The translations under genes and the position numbers were made by a program. A stretch of 64,000 bases of DNA from an uncultured Verrucomicrobiota bacterium (GTDB lineage Bacteria > Verrucomicrobiota > Verrucomicrobiia > Limisphaerales > UBA8199), in NCBI GenBank assembly GCA_942493075.1, contig OW818681.1, positions 5,899,296-5,963,295 of the forward strand. Direction: 5' to 3'. Positions 9,818-20,453 of the stretch are shown piece by piece (the stretch's first letter is position 1; each line of letters starts with the position of its first letter). Below the pieces are notes generated by a model, which worked only from the letters and a program-made list of their open reading frames with translations, searched no databases and was not told the origin of the DNA.

Positions 9818-9945
9818 CCGTACTGTTGGTAACTGCGCGTTCCATTTGATGTCATTCCTGGTGGTTCCGGTTTGCGCCACAAAGGCGCAAACCGGAACCA
9901 CCAGGAACTTTTCTGTTTTAAGCCTAGAGGTTACCAACAGTACGG
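9818..9945. repeat. MITE-like palindromic element, copy 1: terminal inverted repeats CCGTACTGTTGGTAAC/GTTACCAACAGTACGG around a long internal hairpin.
   Basis: Inverted termini are visible directly. The internal stem is CCTGGTGGTTCCGGTTTGCGCC-acaaa-GGCGCAAACCGGAACCACCAGG. Confidence 0.6.
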
Positions 9946-10106
9946 AATTGCCAGGCACATCTCCCGGTGTTTGGGCCTTCTACCGCAAGGGAAGGCATCG
10001 AAATCCAAAGCCTCACCCGCTTCTAATCACACCCGTTTCGAACACAACGAACTAATTTTGCTTGATACCCTGCCACTGCCCGCCATGCTTTCCCCATTCT
10101 GTTATC

Positions 10107-11024
10107 ATGAATGCAACCCGTCTCTTCGTACTCGGTTCCCTGGCTCTCACTCTTTTCGCACCAGCGCTCCTGGCTCAGACCACCAATCCTCCTGCTCAGC
10201 CTTTGCCCTGCGAATACGAAAAGCTCTCATCCCCAAAGTTCCTCCAGGCCTTGGAAAAATCCGCCTACACTTGCGTTATCCCATTCGGGATCATGGAAAA
10301 GCACGGGCCCCACCTGCCGCTGGGAACCGACCTCATGCAGGTGCGCGAGATGTGTCTGCGCGCGGCCAAGCAAGAGTATGCCATCGTGTTTCCACCTTAC
10401 TATTTCGGACAAATCAACGAGGCAAAGCATCAGCCGGGCACCATTGCCTACAGCAGCGAACTCATCTGGAAACTACTTCAGGAGACCTTGGACGAACTCG
10501 CGCGCAATGGAGTGAAGAAGATCGTTATTGTGAACGGCCACGGCGGCAACAACGACTTCCTCCGATTCTTCAACATGGCGCAATTGGAGAAGCCTCGCGC
10601 CTACTCTCTGTTCCTTGTGGATCCATGGAATGCTGAGATCTACGCCGCAGTCCAGCCCAAGCTGAAATCCACAATGCCCGGCGGCCATGCGGATGAGACG
10701 GAAACCTCGATGGTCATGGCGCTTCACCCGGAACTCGTAAATCTGGAAGAAGCCAAAACGGAATCGGGAGCCGATCAGGCGAAGCTGAGCCACTTCAAGA
10801 ACGTCAGCACACCGCTCGATTGGTATGCCGGGTACCCCAATCATTACTCCGGACAAGGTTTCAACGGGAGTGTTGAACTGGGCGAGTTCCAGTATGGACT
10901 GCATTCGAAGGTCGTGGCAGATGCCATCAAGCAGATCAAAGCCGACACCAAGGTGCAGGAGTTACAAAAGGAATTCTTCAGGAGCAGCACCGCACCGTCC
11001 GCCAAGAAGCAAGATGGCAAGTGA
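10107..11024 (+). CDS. Creatininase-family amidohydrolase (creatinine amidohydrolase-like), secreted. The ORF is open from 10062.
   Basis: Signal peptide MNATRLFVLGSLALTLFAPALLAQ, plus HGGN and HADETETS metal-binding motifs of the creatininase family. Confidence 0.7.
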   Translation: MNATRLFVLGSLALTLFAPALLAQTTNPPAQPLPCEYEKLSSPKFLQALEKSAYTCVIPFGIMEKHGPHLPLGTDLMQVREMCLRAAKQEYAIVFPPYYFGQINEAKHQPGTIAYSSELIWKLLQETLDELARNGVKKIVIVNGHGGNNDFLRFFNMAQLEKPRAYSLFLVDPWNAEIYAAVQPKLKSTMPGGHADETETSMVMALHPELVNLEEAKTESGADQAKLSHFKNVSTPLDWYAGYPNHYSGQGFNGSVELGEFQYGLHSKVVADAIKQIKADTKVQELQKEFFRSSTAPSAKKQDGK

Positions 11025-11077
11025 TTATTGGCCCGATGACGGGGAGCTTCTTTGACAGGCTGAACAGGAGTCTTCCG

Positions 11078-12379
11078 TCACGTCATCAACCGACACTCCT
11101 GCAAGCGCCTTTCCAGCAGCGAGCGCTCGACAGGTGTACAGGAGAGTTCCATGGCGCGCTGGAAGTGCGCCGCAGCGTCCTCATACCGGCTCGCCTGCGC
11201 CTCGAACTCGCCCATAGAGGCGTAGAGCAAATGGTAGGACTCCAGGGGCTGGCTTTTTAGCAGGGACCGAATCTCCTTGATGGCGGCCTCAGGCCCACGC
11301 ACGTGCGCCACCGCCACCGCACGGTTCAAAGCAACCACCGGTGACGCGTTCATCGCATAGAGTTGGTCGTATAGCACGAGGATGCGGCTCCAGTCTGTGG
11401 ATGCGGAATCGCGAGCCATGGCGTGGCAGGATGCTATGGCTGCCTGCAAATGGTAGTCGGATATCTCAGCACCCTCTGCCGATTGCGCCATATGGATCAT
11501 TCCACGCGCAATGAGGGATCTGTCCCACAACGAGCGATCCTGCTCATGCAATCGGAGCAAGTTGCCCGCAGCATCCAGGCGGGCCGGCAAACGCGAGGCG
11601 TTCAGGCACATCAATGCCAGTAGCGCATGCGTGCTTGGCTGGTCGCCTGCCGGATGCCGCGCCAACAACTCACCCAACCGGATGGCTTCTTCGCAAATAT
11701 CTTCACGAATGAGGAGATCGCCGGTTGAGGCCTTGTAACCTTCATTGAAGAGCAGATAGAGCGTCTGCCGCACGGTTTCCAGACGCGGCTCAAGCTCCGG
11801 GCCAGCCGGAATTTCAAAACGCACTTGCTCTTCGCGCAGCGTCTGCCGCGCGCGAGTCAATCGTTTAGCGATCGCGGCTTCACTCGTAAGAAACGCCCGG
11901 CTGATCTCCTCTACCCCAAAACCGCACAAGGTCTTAAGCGCAAGGGCCACTTGCACCTCTCCGGACAGCGCCGGGTGACAGCACGCGAAAATCAACCGCA
12001 ACCGGTCGTCGGCAATTTCCTGATCAGAGATCAGGGTGTCGTCGCCGAGGTTTGACTCCTCTATCAGCGCGGTAATCTCCGGTTCCTTTTCGCGGAAGGT
12101 CTTCTTGCGGCGCACAGCGTCCAGAGCCAGGTTGCGTGCGACACGCATGATCCAGGCGGACGGATTCTTCGGGACGCCGCTGAACGGCCATACTTGAAGT
12201 GCTTTGGCGAGTGCCTCCTGAACGACGTCCTCCGCCAATCCCAGGTGTTCGATCCCAAAGATGCGTGTCAAGGTCGCCACCATCTTGCCCCATTCCTGGC
12301 GAAACAGATGCTCGAGGGTCAGGGAAATGTCCCCTGACCCGCGCGATGCATCCACTTCGTTGAGGCTTTGGGTGCTCAC
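11078..12379 (-). CDS. ECF-type sigma-70-like factor with a long C-terminal TPR/helical extension (COG4941-type).
   Basis: N-terminal sigma region 2 and 4 motifs (VQEALAKALQVW, ISRAFLTSEAAIAKRLTRAR), then a ~230-aa helical extension. It is encoded with DUF1428 and YciI-like genes. Confidence 0.75.
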   Translation of the reverse strand: MSTQSLNEVDASRGSGDISLTLEHLFRQEWGKMVATLTRIFGIEHLGLAEDVVQEALAKALQVWPFSGVPKNPSAWIMRVARNLALDAVRRKKTFREKEPEITALIEESNLGDDTLISDQEIADDRLRLIFACCHPALSGEVQVALALKTLCGFGVEEISRAFLTSEAAIAKRLTRARQTLREEQVRFEIPAGPELEPRLETVRQTLYLLFNEGYKASTGDLLIREDICEEAIRLGELLARHPAGDQPSTHALLALMCLNASRLPARLDAAGNLLRLHEQDRSLWDRSLIARGMIHMAQSAEGAEISDYHLQAAIASCHAMARDSASTDWSRILVLYDQLYAMNASPVVALNRAVAVAHVRGPEAAIKEIRSLLKSQPLESYHLLYASMGEFEAQASRYEDAAAHFQRAMELSCTPVERSLLERRLQECRLMT

Positions 12380-12747
12380 TTAGCCAACGATTCCACGATC
12401 ACCTTGAACCCGCCGTAAAGCATGCGCGAGCAATCGAACGGCATGTCCTTCGAACCGCACATTTCCTGGATTCTCGGATCTGCCATCACCGCCGCGTTTA
12501 CGCGATCCCTGTGAGCGCGTGATTTGTAAACAATCCACGCGAGCACCACGGTTTCATCGGGCTTGAGCTTCAGTCCCTTTGGAAAGGGCAAGCCCTGGGA
12601 TACCTCCAGGTCGTCGCCGACGCATTCCCGGTATTCCAGAGCGCCATGTTCTCGCCAGATCTTCGCCCCCTTCTGCGCCATGCGGCGGTAGGCGGCTAGA
12701 TTGGCCTTCGGCATCGGCAGCACAAAACCATCAATGTAGTTAGGCAT
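12376..12747 (-). CDS. DUF1428-like small protein
   Basis: 123-aa ORF whose stop overlaps the sigma gene start by 4 nt. MPNYIDGFVLPMPK is a DUF1428-type N-terminus. Confidence 0.55.
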   Translation of the reverse strand: MPNYIDGFVLPMPKANLAAYRRMAQKGAKIWREHGALEYRECVGDDLEVSQGLPFPKGLKLKPDETVVLAWIVYKSRAHRDRVNAAVMADPRIQEMCGSKDMPFDCSRMLYGGFKVIVESLAK

Positions 12748-12778
12748 AACTCAGATCTCCTGTAATCTGCGTGAGCCG

Positions 12779-13201
12779 CTACACAGCTTGAGCGGTTTCC
12801 ATCTCCCGGCGCGCTTCAGATCGCACGGTGCATTCCTCGGCAATCGGCCGCACTTCAACGATCGCCCCGTAAGGCAGCCCCGGACATTCCTTCGCGATTT
12901 CCACCGCTTCCTCCAGCGTGTCGACCTTCAACAGGAAGTAGCCTGCCACCGCTTCCTTGGTTTCCGCATAAGGCCCATCGGAGACCGTTTGGCGTTTGCC
13001 ATTCCCGATAACGACGCGGGAATCACGCTCCAGCGGGTTGCCCCCGATCGCTTTGCCCGCTGCATTCAGCCGTTCAAACCATGCCATCCACTTGGTGGCG
13101 ATCTGCTGCATTTCCTCCGGGGAAAGTCCTTTATGCCAGTCCATGCCGCGGAACAGCAGCAAACATCCGTTTTGGGTTCGTGTATTCATATCTTTGCTCA
13201 T
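12779..13201 (-). CDS. YciI-like (DGPF/COG3795) protein. The ORF is open to 13264, but the start is more likely at MSKDM.
   Basis: GYFLLKVDTLEEAVEIAKECP is a YciI-like fold signature. This is the canonical partner of COG4941 sigma factors. Confidence 0.6.
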   Translation of the reverse strand: MSKDMNTRTQNGCLLLFRGMDWHKGLSPEEMQQIATKWMAWFERLNAAGKAIGGNPLERDSRVVIGNGKRQTVSDGPYAETKEAVAGYFLLKVDTLEEAVEIAKECPGLPYGAIVEVRPIAEECTVRSEARREMETAQAV

Positions 13202-13439
13202 GTGATTTTGCTTTTGTTTCAACCTGTCATTCCTACGACGAATCAGGCCGCTAAAAAAGGACACGCCACCCTCAAAAACCCAAACAGCCCGGCGAACTCC
13301 GGAACGAGTGAAGCACGACTTCTCAACATTCGCATTGCCTATTCACAGTAACACTTTCTCTGATACTGGCCACATCGAATTTATTCCTCGTGGACGCGAA
13401 GTCTCGTTGAAAAGCGGGTAAGCAACGCAGTATGTAAAT

Positions 13440-13990
13440 TCAAAGCAATGATAGATCATCCAGATGTCTGAAGAGGTGGCCTACTAGGAGACTACACCGA
13501 AGGATCCGGGTCCTTTCCCTGCCCTTCTCTTGTCCCGGCAGGGACTCGTGATAATAGCCCAATGCTTTAGCATTGGGTGCTTGACATAATAGCTCCAGAG
13601 TCCCGCAAGGGACGGCTGAACTGTCACTCCCACAAATACTTCGGAGTATGATCTCAAGACTGGACATGGCCGTGCTCAATCGTTCCTTCGGAACTAGGTC
13701 AGAATCGAACACTGCCACCCAAAGCTGAAGCATTGGGCTTTTCTCAACTGTCCCGCTGGGACAGGAACGAGGCGTTCCGGCTGATTGTCGAAACCTCCAC
13801 AGATGACTCAGAAAATGTGCAGGCTCCCACTGATTCACTCTCACGACGGCGTCAACTGTCGATGCTCCGTATTCTGGGCAATTGGTAAACGATGACTTTG
13901 GCCAGCTTGGCCTCACCCACTCCTAATTACGCCTGGGACACCCTGGCACTCGATTACAGAACCCACCCCCCCCATTCCGCGCTTTTGTTC
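13440..13990. ncRNA. Candidate structured non-coding RNA or hairpin-repeat region of unknown identity.
   Basis: No credible ORF over ~760 bp (13265-14036). There are three GUCCCG-N3-4-GGGAC hairpins and two copies of CCCAAWGCUKNAGCAUUGGG. C(UUCG)G tetraloops occur at CUUCGG 13648-13653 and 13687-13692. Confidence 0.25.
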
Positions 13991-14036
13991 CAGGCGGTTT
14001 TCACAGTAGCCTCTTCCCCCGTCCGGAAAAATTTGT

Positions 14037-14501
14037 ATGCACATCGTCCTGGTCGAACCGGAGATCCCGCCCAATACGGGAAACATTGCGCGCCTTTGCG
14101 CCGCCACGCGCACGACACTTCACTTGGTGGAGCCGCTCGGCTTTCGTGTTGACGACACCACGCTTAAACGGGCGGGAATGGATTATTGGAAGATGGTGGA
14201 ATGGCACCGATGGCCGGATTGGACGGCATTCCGCGCGCAGGTGACACCTGGCGCCACTCTTTGGTTCATCGAATCGGATGGCCCCAGGACTTATGCCGAA
14301 GTTCAATTCAAGCCAGATGATTACCTGGTGTTTGGACGCGAGACGGCTGGCTTGCCGCCCAGCCTGTTTCAGTCTGACCCGGAGCATTGGTTGCGAATTC
14401 CCATGGCAAACACGCCCGCGCGTTCGTTGAATTTATCCAATTGCGCGGCCCTGGTGCTCTATGAGGCGCTCCGGCAAACGGGTTTTTCCGGAATGAAATA
14501 G
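14037..14501 (+). CDS. trmL: tRNA (cytidine/uridine-2'-O)-methyltransferase TrmL (SpoU/TrmH family)
   Basis: MHIVLVEPEIPPNTGNIARLCAAT...SLNLSNCAALVLYEA. Confidence 0.8.
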   Translation: MHIVLVEPEIPPNTGNIARLCAATRTTLHLVEPLGFRVDDTTLKRAGMDYWKMVEWHRWPDWTAFRAQVTPGATLWFIESDGPRTYAEVQFKPDDYLVFGRETAGLPPSLFQSDPEHWLRIPMANTPARSLNLSNCAALVLYEALRQTGFSGMK

Positions 14502-15395
14502 TTAGCGCGGGAATAGGCTGAGGGTATCGAGCACCGCTTTAACCTTGGCCACCTCGTGGGTGCGGAAGAGATCAGTCCGGCCCAGGGACGCGAGCATGGC
14601 GAAGAAAGGTTCAGCGCAACGAACTTCATCACCAAAGTACTCAAACGCATGCGGCAAGGCATGACATGTTGGCCACCCCAGAGTGCGCAGCCGGAACGTG
14701 TTTAAGAATACATCCATCTGATGGCGCACACGCACGCCGCTGTCTTGCAGGTTCCGGTAGTAAAAACCCAGGCCAGGATCGATGAAGATTCGCTTTACGC
14801 CGCCGGCGACCGCCAAATCGATTTGCCGCGCGAAATGCTCCTGCATCATCGCCACGGGATCAGATGTGAAAGAAAAATCGCCCACGGCGCGCACGTGCTC
14901 CCCTTGCACATAACAGATGATCACGGCGGCATCATGATCCGCCACCATCCGGTAGAGATCCGAGCTGCTGGGTGTGCCGGTCAGGTTGAGAATGTTTGCC
15001 CCTGCTTCAAGGCAGGCGCGCGCGACTGTGGGTTCGTAGGTTTCAACTGACACCAAAACGCCCCGGGCGCGCACCTCCCGGATCACGGGCAGCAACCGGG
15101 AATTCTGGAGGTCCGCATCGGAACGAGCGGCGTGGGCCAGAGAGGATTCAGCACCGATATCGATGATAGCTGCCCCTTGCTCATGGAGCACACCGGCGCG
15201 TTGAATGGCGCTGCTGGTGGAAAGACAAACACTCTCGCGATACCAGGAATCGGGAGAAAGATTAACCACACCCATGAGCGCCGGGCGGGCATTGCCGTCA
15301 AAGGAATGGCCAGCGATATCGAAGGCCTGCACGCGTGCGCGGGCTGCTTCGGGGTGTTTCGCCAGCAATCCAGCCAGATATTCCAATGAGAGCAT
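14502..15395 (-). CDS. folP: Dihydropteroate synthase
   Basis: Pterin-binding DHPS motifs (GVVNLSPDSW, IIDIGAESS, IFIDPGLGF). Confidence 0.85.
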   Translation of the reverse strand: MLSLEYLAGLLAKHPEAARARVQAFDIAGHSFDGNARPALMGVVNLSPDSWYRESVCLSTSSAIQRAGVLHEQGAAIIDIGAESSLAHAARSDADLQNSRLLPVIREVRARGVLVSVETYEPTVARACLEAGANILNLTGTPSSSDLYRMVADHDAAVIICYVQGEHVRAVGDFSFTSDPVAMMQEHFARQIDLAVAGGVKRIFIDPGLGFYYRNLQDSGVRVRHQMDVFLNTFRLRTLGWPTCHALPHAFEYFGDEVRCAEPFFAMLASLGRTDLFRTHEVAKVKAVLDTLSLFPR

Positions 15396-15813
15396 TACGG
15401 TTTATGTAAACCAGGAAGGGGCAATGCTCAATGCGGAATGTTTAGCTGGCTTTGGTAGGGCGGCATTGCCAAGGCCGCCGTCCCCGAACACCACTGACAC
15501 CTCCCTAAGGCCTGATTTAGATTTGTCACCCTTAGAAGATCATTCATCCATGCGGGGTCTGAGACTCAAATGCAGGCATGCTGTTCGAACCGAAATCATT
15601 ACTGTTGGTAGCCGCCGCCCCTTTTGATTCCACCCTGTTGCATCGTCGCGTCTGCGTGATGATTCTTTGGAGGTTTGCACCCTCAACTCCTCCTTACAAG
15701 CTCCCAGCTCCCACTTTGTAACAGCATATTCCTTGTCTCCCACCCATCCACTTATACACTCACAAGCGAGTATCCTGTATGGCATAAAACTAACGACTGG
15801 GTTCACTTAGGCT

Positions 15814-16332
15814 ATGAGACGCAAGAAATCACGCAGGACCTCGCGGCAAACGTCGGACGAGTCGCGCCTTTCCCGTGGCCGCATCCGGACCGATGCCATC
15901 TTTCCCGTCGCCCCCGCTGTTGCATCCCTGCCGAAAGGTTACGCCGCCACACTTCAGGCGATAAAGACCCACCTCAGCAGTGCCCGCATCCGTGCGGTTC
16001 TCGCCGCCAACCCGATCGTCATTGAGGCCTACTGGCAAATTGGCAAGCTAATCCTCGCTCGCCAAACCGATGCCGCATGGGGTGCCAAAGTTATCGACCG
16101 ACTGGCCGCCGACCTCCAGGAAGCATTTCCAGACATGGGCGGACTGTCGTCGCGCAACCTGCTGGCCATGAAGGTTTTCGCACGCGAGTTCCCCGATGGG
16201 CCAATTGCGCAACAGCCTGTTGCGCAATTGCCGTGGGGCCACGTCCTGCAGATCATGCAGCGCTCCAAGGACCCTGCCGCCCGCGATTTCTACATCCGCG
16301 AGACCCTTACCCATGGCTTCTCGAAACATTAG
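15814..16332 (+). pseudogene. Truncated DUF1016 (YhcG-like, PD-(D/E)XK nuclease family) N-terminal fragment. The C-terminal nuclease domain is missing.
   Basis: Matches DUF1016 N-terminal region (IEAYWQIGKLI..., HVLQIMQRSKDPAARDFYIRETLTHG). It stops about 170 aa short of full length, immediately before the convergent MATE gene. Confidence 0.5.
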
Positions 16333-16377
16333 GCTATTGTCAAGTGTCCGTCCCGGACACCGGAGGGGACATGCCTT

Positions 16378-17736
16378 TCAATCTTGCTGCTGTTGGACTG
16401 GCTTGATGCTGGTTATTTGCTGGGTGGCGCGAGCCCAGGCGCGAAGCAAAATGGCCGCAACCACAACCAACCCGGCAGCCAGGCCCGTCCACAGCCCCAC
16501 GACACCCCATCCGAACCCGAAGCAAAGCACCATGCCCAGCACAAGCCCGACCGGATAATGCCCGATCAGGTTGGCGATCATAGCGGTGCGAGTATTGCCC
16601 AGACCACGCAGAGCGCCTGTGGCGCTTACTTGTGTACCATCGGCAATCTGGAAAAGGGCCACGAGGATCAGAATCTTCGCCCCGAGCTCGATCACCTTGG
16701 GATCCGTGGTAAACCAGCCCAGTAGATAGCGCGGGATAAGAAGGTAGCCTGCTGCGAAAGCGCTCATGACCAGCACCGAAAGGCCTATGCACATCCACCC
16801 GGCAACGAGAGCCCGCCGTGGCTGGCCGGCCCCGATAAACATCCCCACCCGCACCGCTGCTGCGGAGGAGAAACCCAGAGGAAACATAAACGTGAACGCC
16901 GCCAGCATCAGTGTTACATGGTGTGCCGCGAGCGGAACGGCCCCCAGCGCGCCTGCCATGAATGCGGCGATGCCAAATGCACCAACTTCCAACGCCGTAT
17001 GTCCCGCAGCCGGGGCCCCGAGCTTAAGGAAGCTTTTCTGCACTCCCCAGTCCAATCGCGGCAATCGGAGTCGGACAGGCCTGAGCAAATACCAGGTATA
17101 AGCGATGGCAAATGCCAGCATGAAATAACGACAGATCACCGTAGCCCAAGCCAACCCCTTCACCTCCAGCCGGGGAAATCCCCAGTACCCCAAACCTAGG
17201 GCAAAATCTGCGCCCAGGTTCAGGACGTTCGCCCCGATAATGATCAGGCTGAACCCGAGGACCCGATGCCGAGCCTGCCAGTACCGCTGGAGCACGAAGA
17301 AGATGAACAAGCTCGGGAGACTCCAGCCAACGACCTCCAGATAATGTCGGAAAGCGATCTGCACAGGACCGGGCGGAGAGAAATGCAAGTATAGCAACGT
17401 GCCCGCCAAAACTCCGGCTGCGGACAGCACCGACACGATGAAACAGGACCAGATCGATTGGCCCAGATAACGGGCCAGGTTCTTTTCATCCCGCGCCCCT
17501 ACACACTGCGAGAAGTAGGTATCAAGTGCCAGCAGCAGCCCCATGCAAACATTGGTAAAAGTCCAATAGAAACTCGAACCAAGGCCCAATCCCGCCAGTG
17601 TTACGGTGCTGATCCGCCCGGCCACCAGGGTGTCAACCATTCCCATGGACATCTGGCCCACCTGGTTCAGTACAATCGGCAGCGCGAGCTTCAGGGTATC
17701 CCTGAACTCTATCCGCAAATTGACGGCCGATTTCAT
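16378..17736 (-). CDS. MATE-family multidrug/oligosaccharidyl-lipid efflux transporter
   Basis: 12-TM protein with MATE signatures (LALPIVLNQVGQMSMGMVDTLVAG...GALRGLGNT). Confidence 0.85.
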   Translation of the reverse strand: MKSAVNLRIEFRDTLKLALPIVLNQVGQMSMGMVDTLVAGRISTVTLAGLGLGSSFYWTFTNVCMGLLLALDTYFSQCVGARDEKNLARYLGQSIWSCFIVSVLSAAGVLAGTLLYLHFSPPGPVQIAFRHYLEVVGWSLPSLFIFFVLQRYWQARHRVLGFSLIIIGANVLNLGADFALGLGYWGFPRLEVKGLAWATVICRYFMLAFAIAYTWYLLRPVRLRLPRLDWGVQKSFLKLGAPAAGHTALEVGAFGIAAFMAGALGAVPLAAHHVTLMLAAFTFMFPLGFSSAAAVRVGMFIGAGQPRRALVAGWMCIGLSVLVMSAFAAGYLLIPRYLLGWFTTDPKVIELGAKILILVALFQIADGTQVSATGALRGLGNTRTAMIANLIGHYPVGLVLGMVLCFGFGWGVVGLWTGLAAGLVVVAAILLRAWARATQQITSIKPVQQQQD

Positions 17737-17849
17737 CCAGAAAGCCTAGAAGCTAATGTGCAAAGGCTAAAGACAAAATGGGGTGTCTCGGCTCGTTTCA
17801 CACGTCAACTCCGCTGGAAACCTATCCGTTCATAGGCTAAGATCCTCGC

Positions 17850-18950
<1,101 letters not shown>

Positions 18951-19006
18951 CGTATTCCTCCTGCTCCATTTGACTTTGCACCGTTGCGGGTCAACTTTCC
19001 ATCCTA

Positions 19007-20440
19007 ATGAGACATTTTGGATCGGTAACCTGGGCAGCTCCCATGCTTTTGGCCGGGTTGGGGCTTTTTTGCGCTCCGGCGTGGGCGCAGATGCGTGATA
19101 TTTCCAGGCTTTATCAGGAAAACTGCTCCGGCTGCCATGGTGATAATCTGGAGGGCGGCCAAACCGATTCACTTTTGGACGATACATGGAAACATGGCGC
19201 CGATGACATGAGCATGGCACGTGTTATCCGGGACGGCGCGGAGTCTGAAGGCATGCCACCCTGGAAAGGAGAGCTCAGTGAGGCGGAGATTCGCGGTATG
19301 GTGGTCTTTATCCGGGAAAAGCACGAGCAAGCTCTCACAAAAAAGACCACGTTCAATAAGCCGACTCTCAACCAGGTCACCGCGACTCAAGAGCACAAGT
19401 TCCGTTTGCGCAACGTGGCCGAAAACCTGGATACCCCGTGGTCGGTCGCGTTTCTGGCGAACGACACGCTTCTCATTACGGAGCAGAAGGGCACGCTGCG
19501 CATTTTGGAGAAGGGCAAGCTGCGCAATGAGCCGATCAGCGGCACCCCAAAGGTCCGGTATAAAGGACAGGGCGGACTTATGGATGTGGCGCCGCATCCG
19601 GGCTACGCAACCAATGGCTGGGTTTACCTCTGTTTCACTGATCCAGGGTCCAATGACGAAACCAGCGATGCCGGCATGACTGCGGTGGTACGCGGTCGGA
19701 TCAAGGATTACAAATGGACGGATGAGCAGACCATCTTCCGTGCGCCTCTCTGGACCTATCGCGGCGGTGGAGTGCACTTTGGCTGTCGCCTGGTTTTCGA
19801 TGAATCGGGCCACCTGTTCTTCCCGATAGGCGAACGCGGGCAGATGCAGGACGCCCAGAATCTCACACGTCCAAACGGCAAGGTCCACCGTGTTTTCGAT
19901 GACGGGCGGATACCGTCTGACAATCCGTTTGTTGGACAATCGAATGCGATTCCGAGCATCTGGAGCTATGGCCATCGTAATCCGCAAGGATTGGATCGCC
20001 ATCCTGTCACCAAAACCTTATGGGATGCCGAGCACGGTCCCCGCGGGGGCGATGAGCTGAACCTGGTGCTTAAGGGACGCAACTACGGCTGGCCGATTAT
20101 CACCTACGGAATGAATTACAACGGCACACCCATCACTGGGCTTACCCAGAAGGAAGGGTTAGAGCAGCCAGTTGTCCATTGGACGCCCTCCATAGCTGTA
20201 TGCGCGATCGCCTTCTATAACGGAGAGAAGTTCCCCCGCTGGAAGAACAACCTCTTCGTGACTGCTTTGGCGAAGGAGGAGCTGCGCCGCCTTGTCATTG
20301 ATGGCGAGCGGGTCACAAAACAGGAGATTATTTTTAAGGACATCGGACGCGTGCGCGATGTGGCAGTGGGGCCCGACGGCTTTGTTTACGTGGCGCTCAA
20401 CAAGCCCGATAAGGTAGTGCGGCTCGAACCTGCCGACTGA
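19007..20440 (+). CDS. Secreted fusion of a c-type cytochrome domain to a PQQ-dependent soluble sugar (glucose/sorbosone) dehydrogenase, YliI/Asd family.
   Basis: Signal peptide, then a CSGCHG haem-binding motif. After that a beta-propeller sGDH-like region ([33 protein letters not shown]). Confidence 0.75.
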   Translation: MRHFGSVTWAAPMLLAGLGLFCAPAWAQMRDISRLYQENCSGCHGDNLEGGQTDSLLDDTWKHGADDMSMARVIRDGAESEGMPPWKGELSEAEIRGMVVFIREKHEQALTKKTTFNKPTLNQVTATQEHKFRLRNVAENLDTPWSVAFLANDTLLITEQKGTLRILEKGKLRNEPISGTPKVRYKGQGGLMDVAPHPGYATNGWVYLCFTDPGSNDETSDAGMTAVVRGRIKDYKWTDEQTIFRAPLWTYRGGGVHFGCRLVFDESGHLFFPIGERGQMQDAQNLTRPNGKVHRVFDDGRIPSDNPFVGQSNAIPSIWSYGHRNPQGLDRHPVTKTLWDAEHGPRGGDELNLVLKGRNYGWPIITYGMNYNGTPITGLTQKEGLEQPVVHWTPSIAVCAIAFYNGEKFPRWKNNLFVTALAKEELRRLVIDGERVTKQEIIFKDIGRVRDVAVGPDGFVYVALNKPDKVVRLEPAD

Positions 20441-20452
20441 GCCGGATTTTTT
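20421..20452 (+). terminator. Weak candidate intrinsic terminator or attenuator between the dehydrogenase gene and the pseudopilin-like gene.
   Basis: CGGCTC-13 nt-GAGCCG followed by ATTTTTT. The T-run ends just before the GTG start at 20454. Confidence 0.3.
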
Positions 20453-20453
20453 C

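Noticed and set aside
9872-10636. 254-aa Arg-rich ORF
   Set aside because: It overlaps the MITE and the creatininase-family gene in another frame. Its composition is low-complexity and arginine-rich, typical of spurious GC-rich ORFs.
13440-13990. tmRNA (ssrA) on the minus strand, starting GGGGGGGUGGGUUCUGUAAUCGAG
   Set aside because: No tag-peptide reading frame ending in a hydrophobic ...AA stop. No T-arm/ACCA 3' end, and no complementary 3' strand for the G7 acceptor stem. The resemblance is limited to about 15 nt.
13440-13990. RNase P RNA. There are partial matches to CR-I (GGAAAGGACCCGGAUCC, minus strand) and to ACAGAACCC (plus strand).
   Set aside because: The two motifs are on opposite strands, and the other conserved regions (AGGGUGAAA, GGUGCGGUAAG) are absent.
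16196-16798. Overlapping small ORFs around the MATE gene 3' end
   Set aside because: They lie inside or antisense to the MATE CDS, with no independent support.
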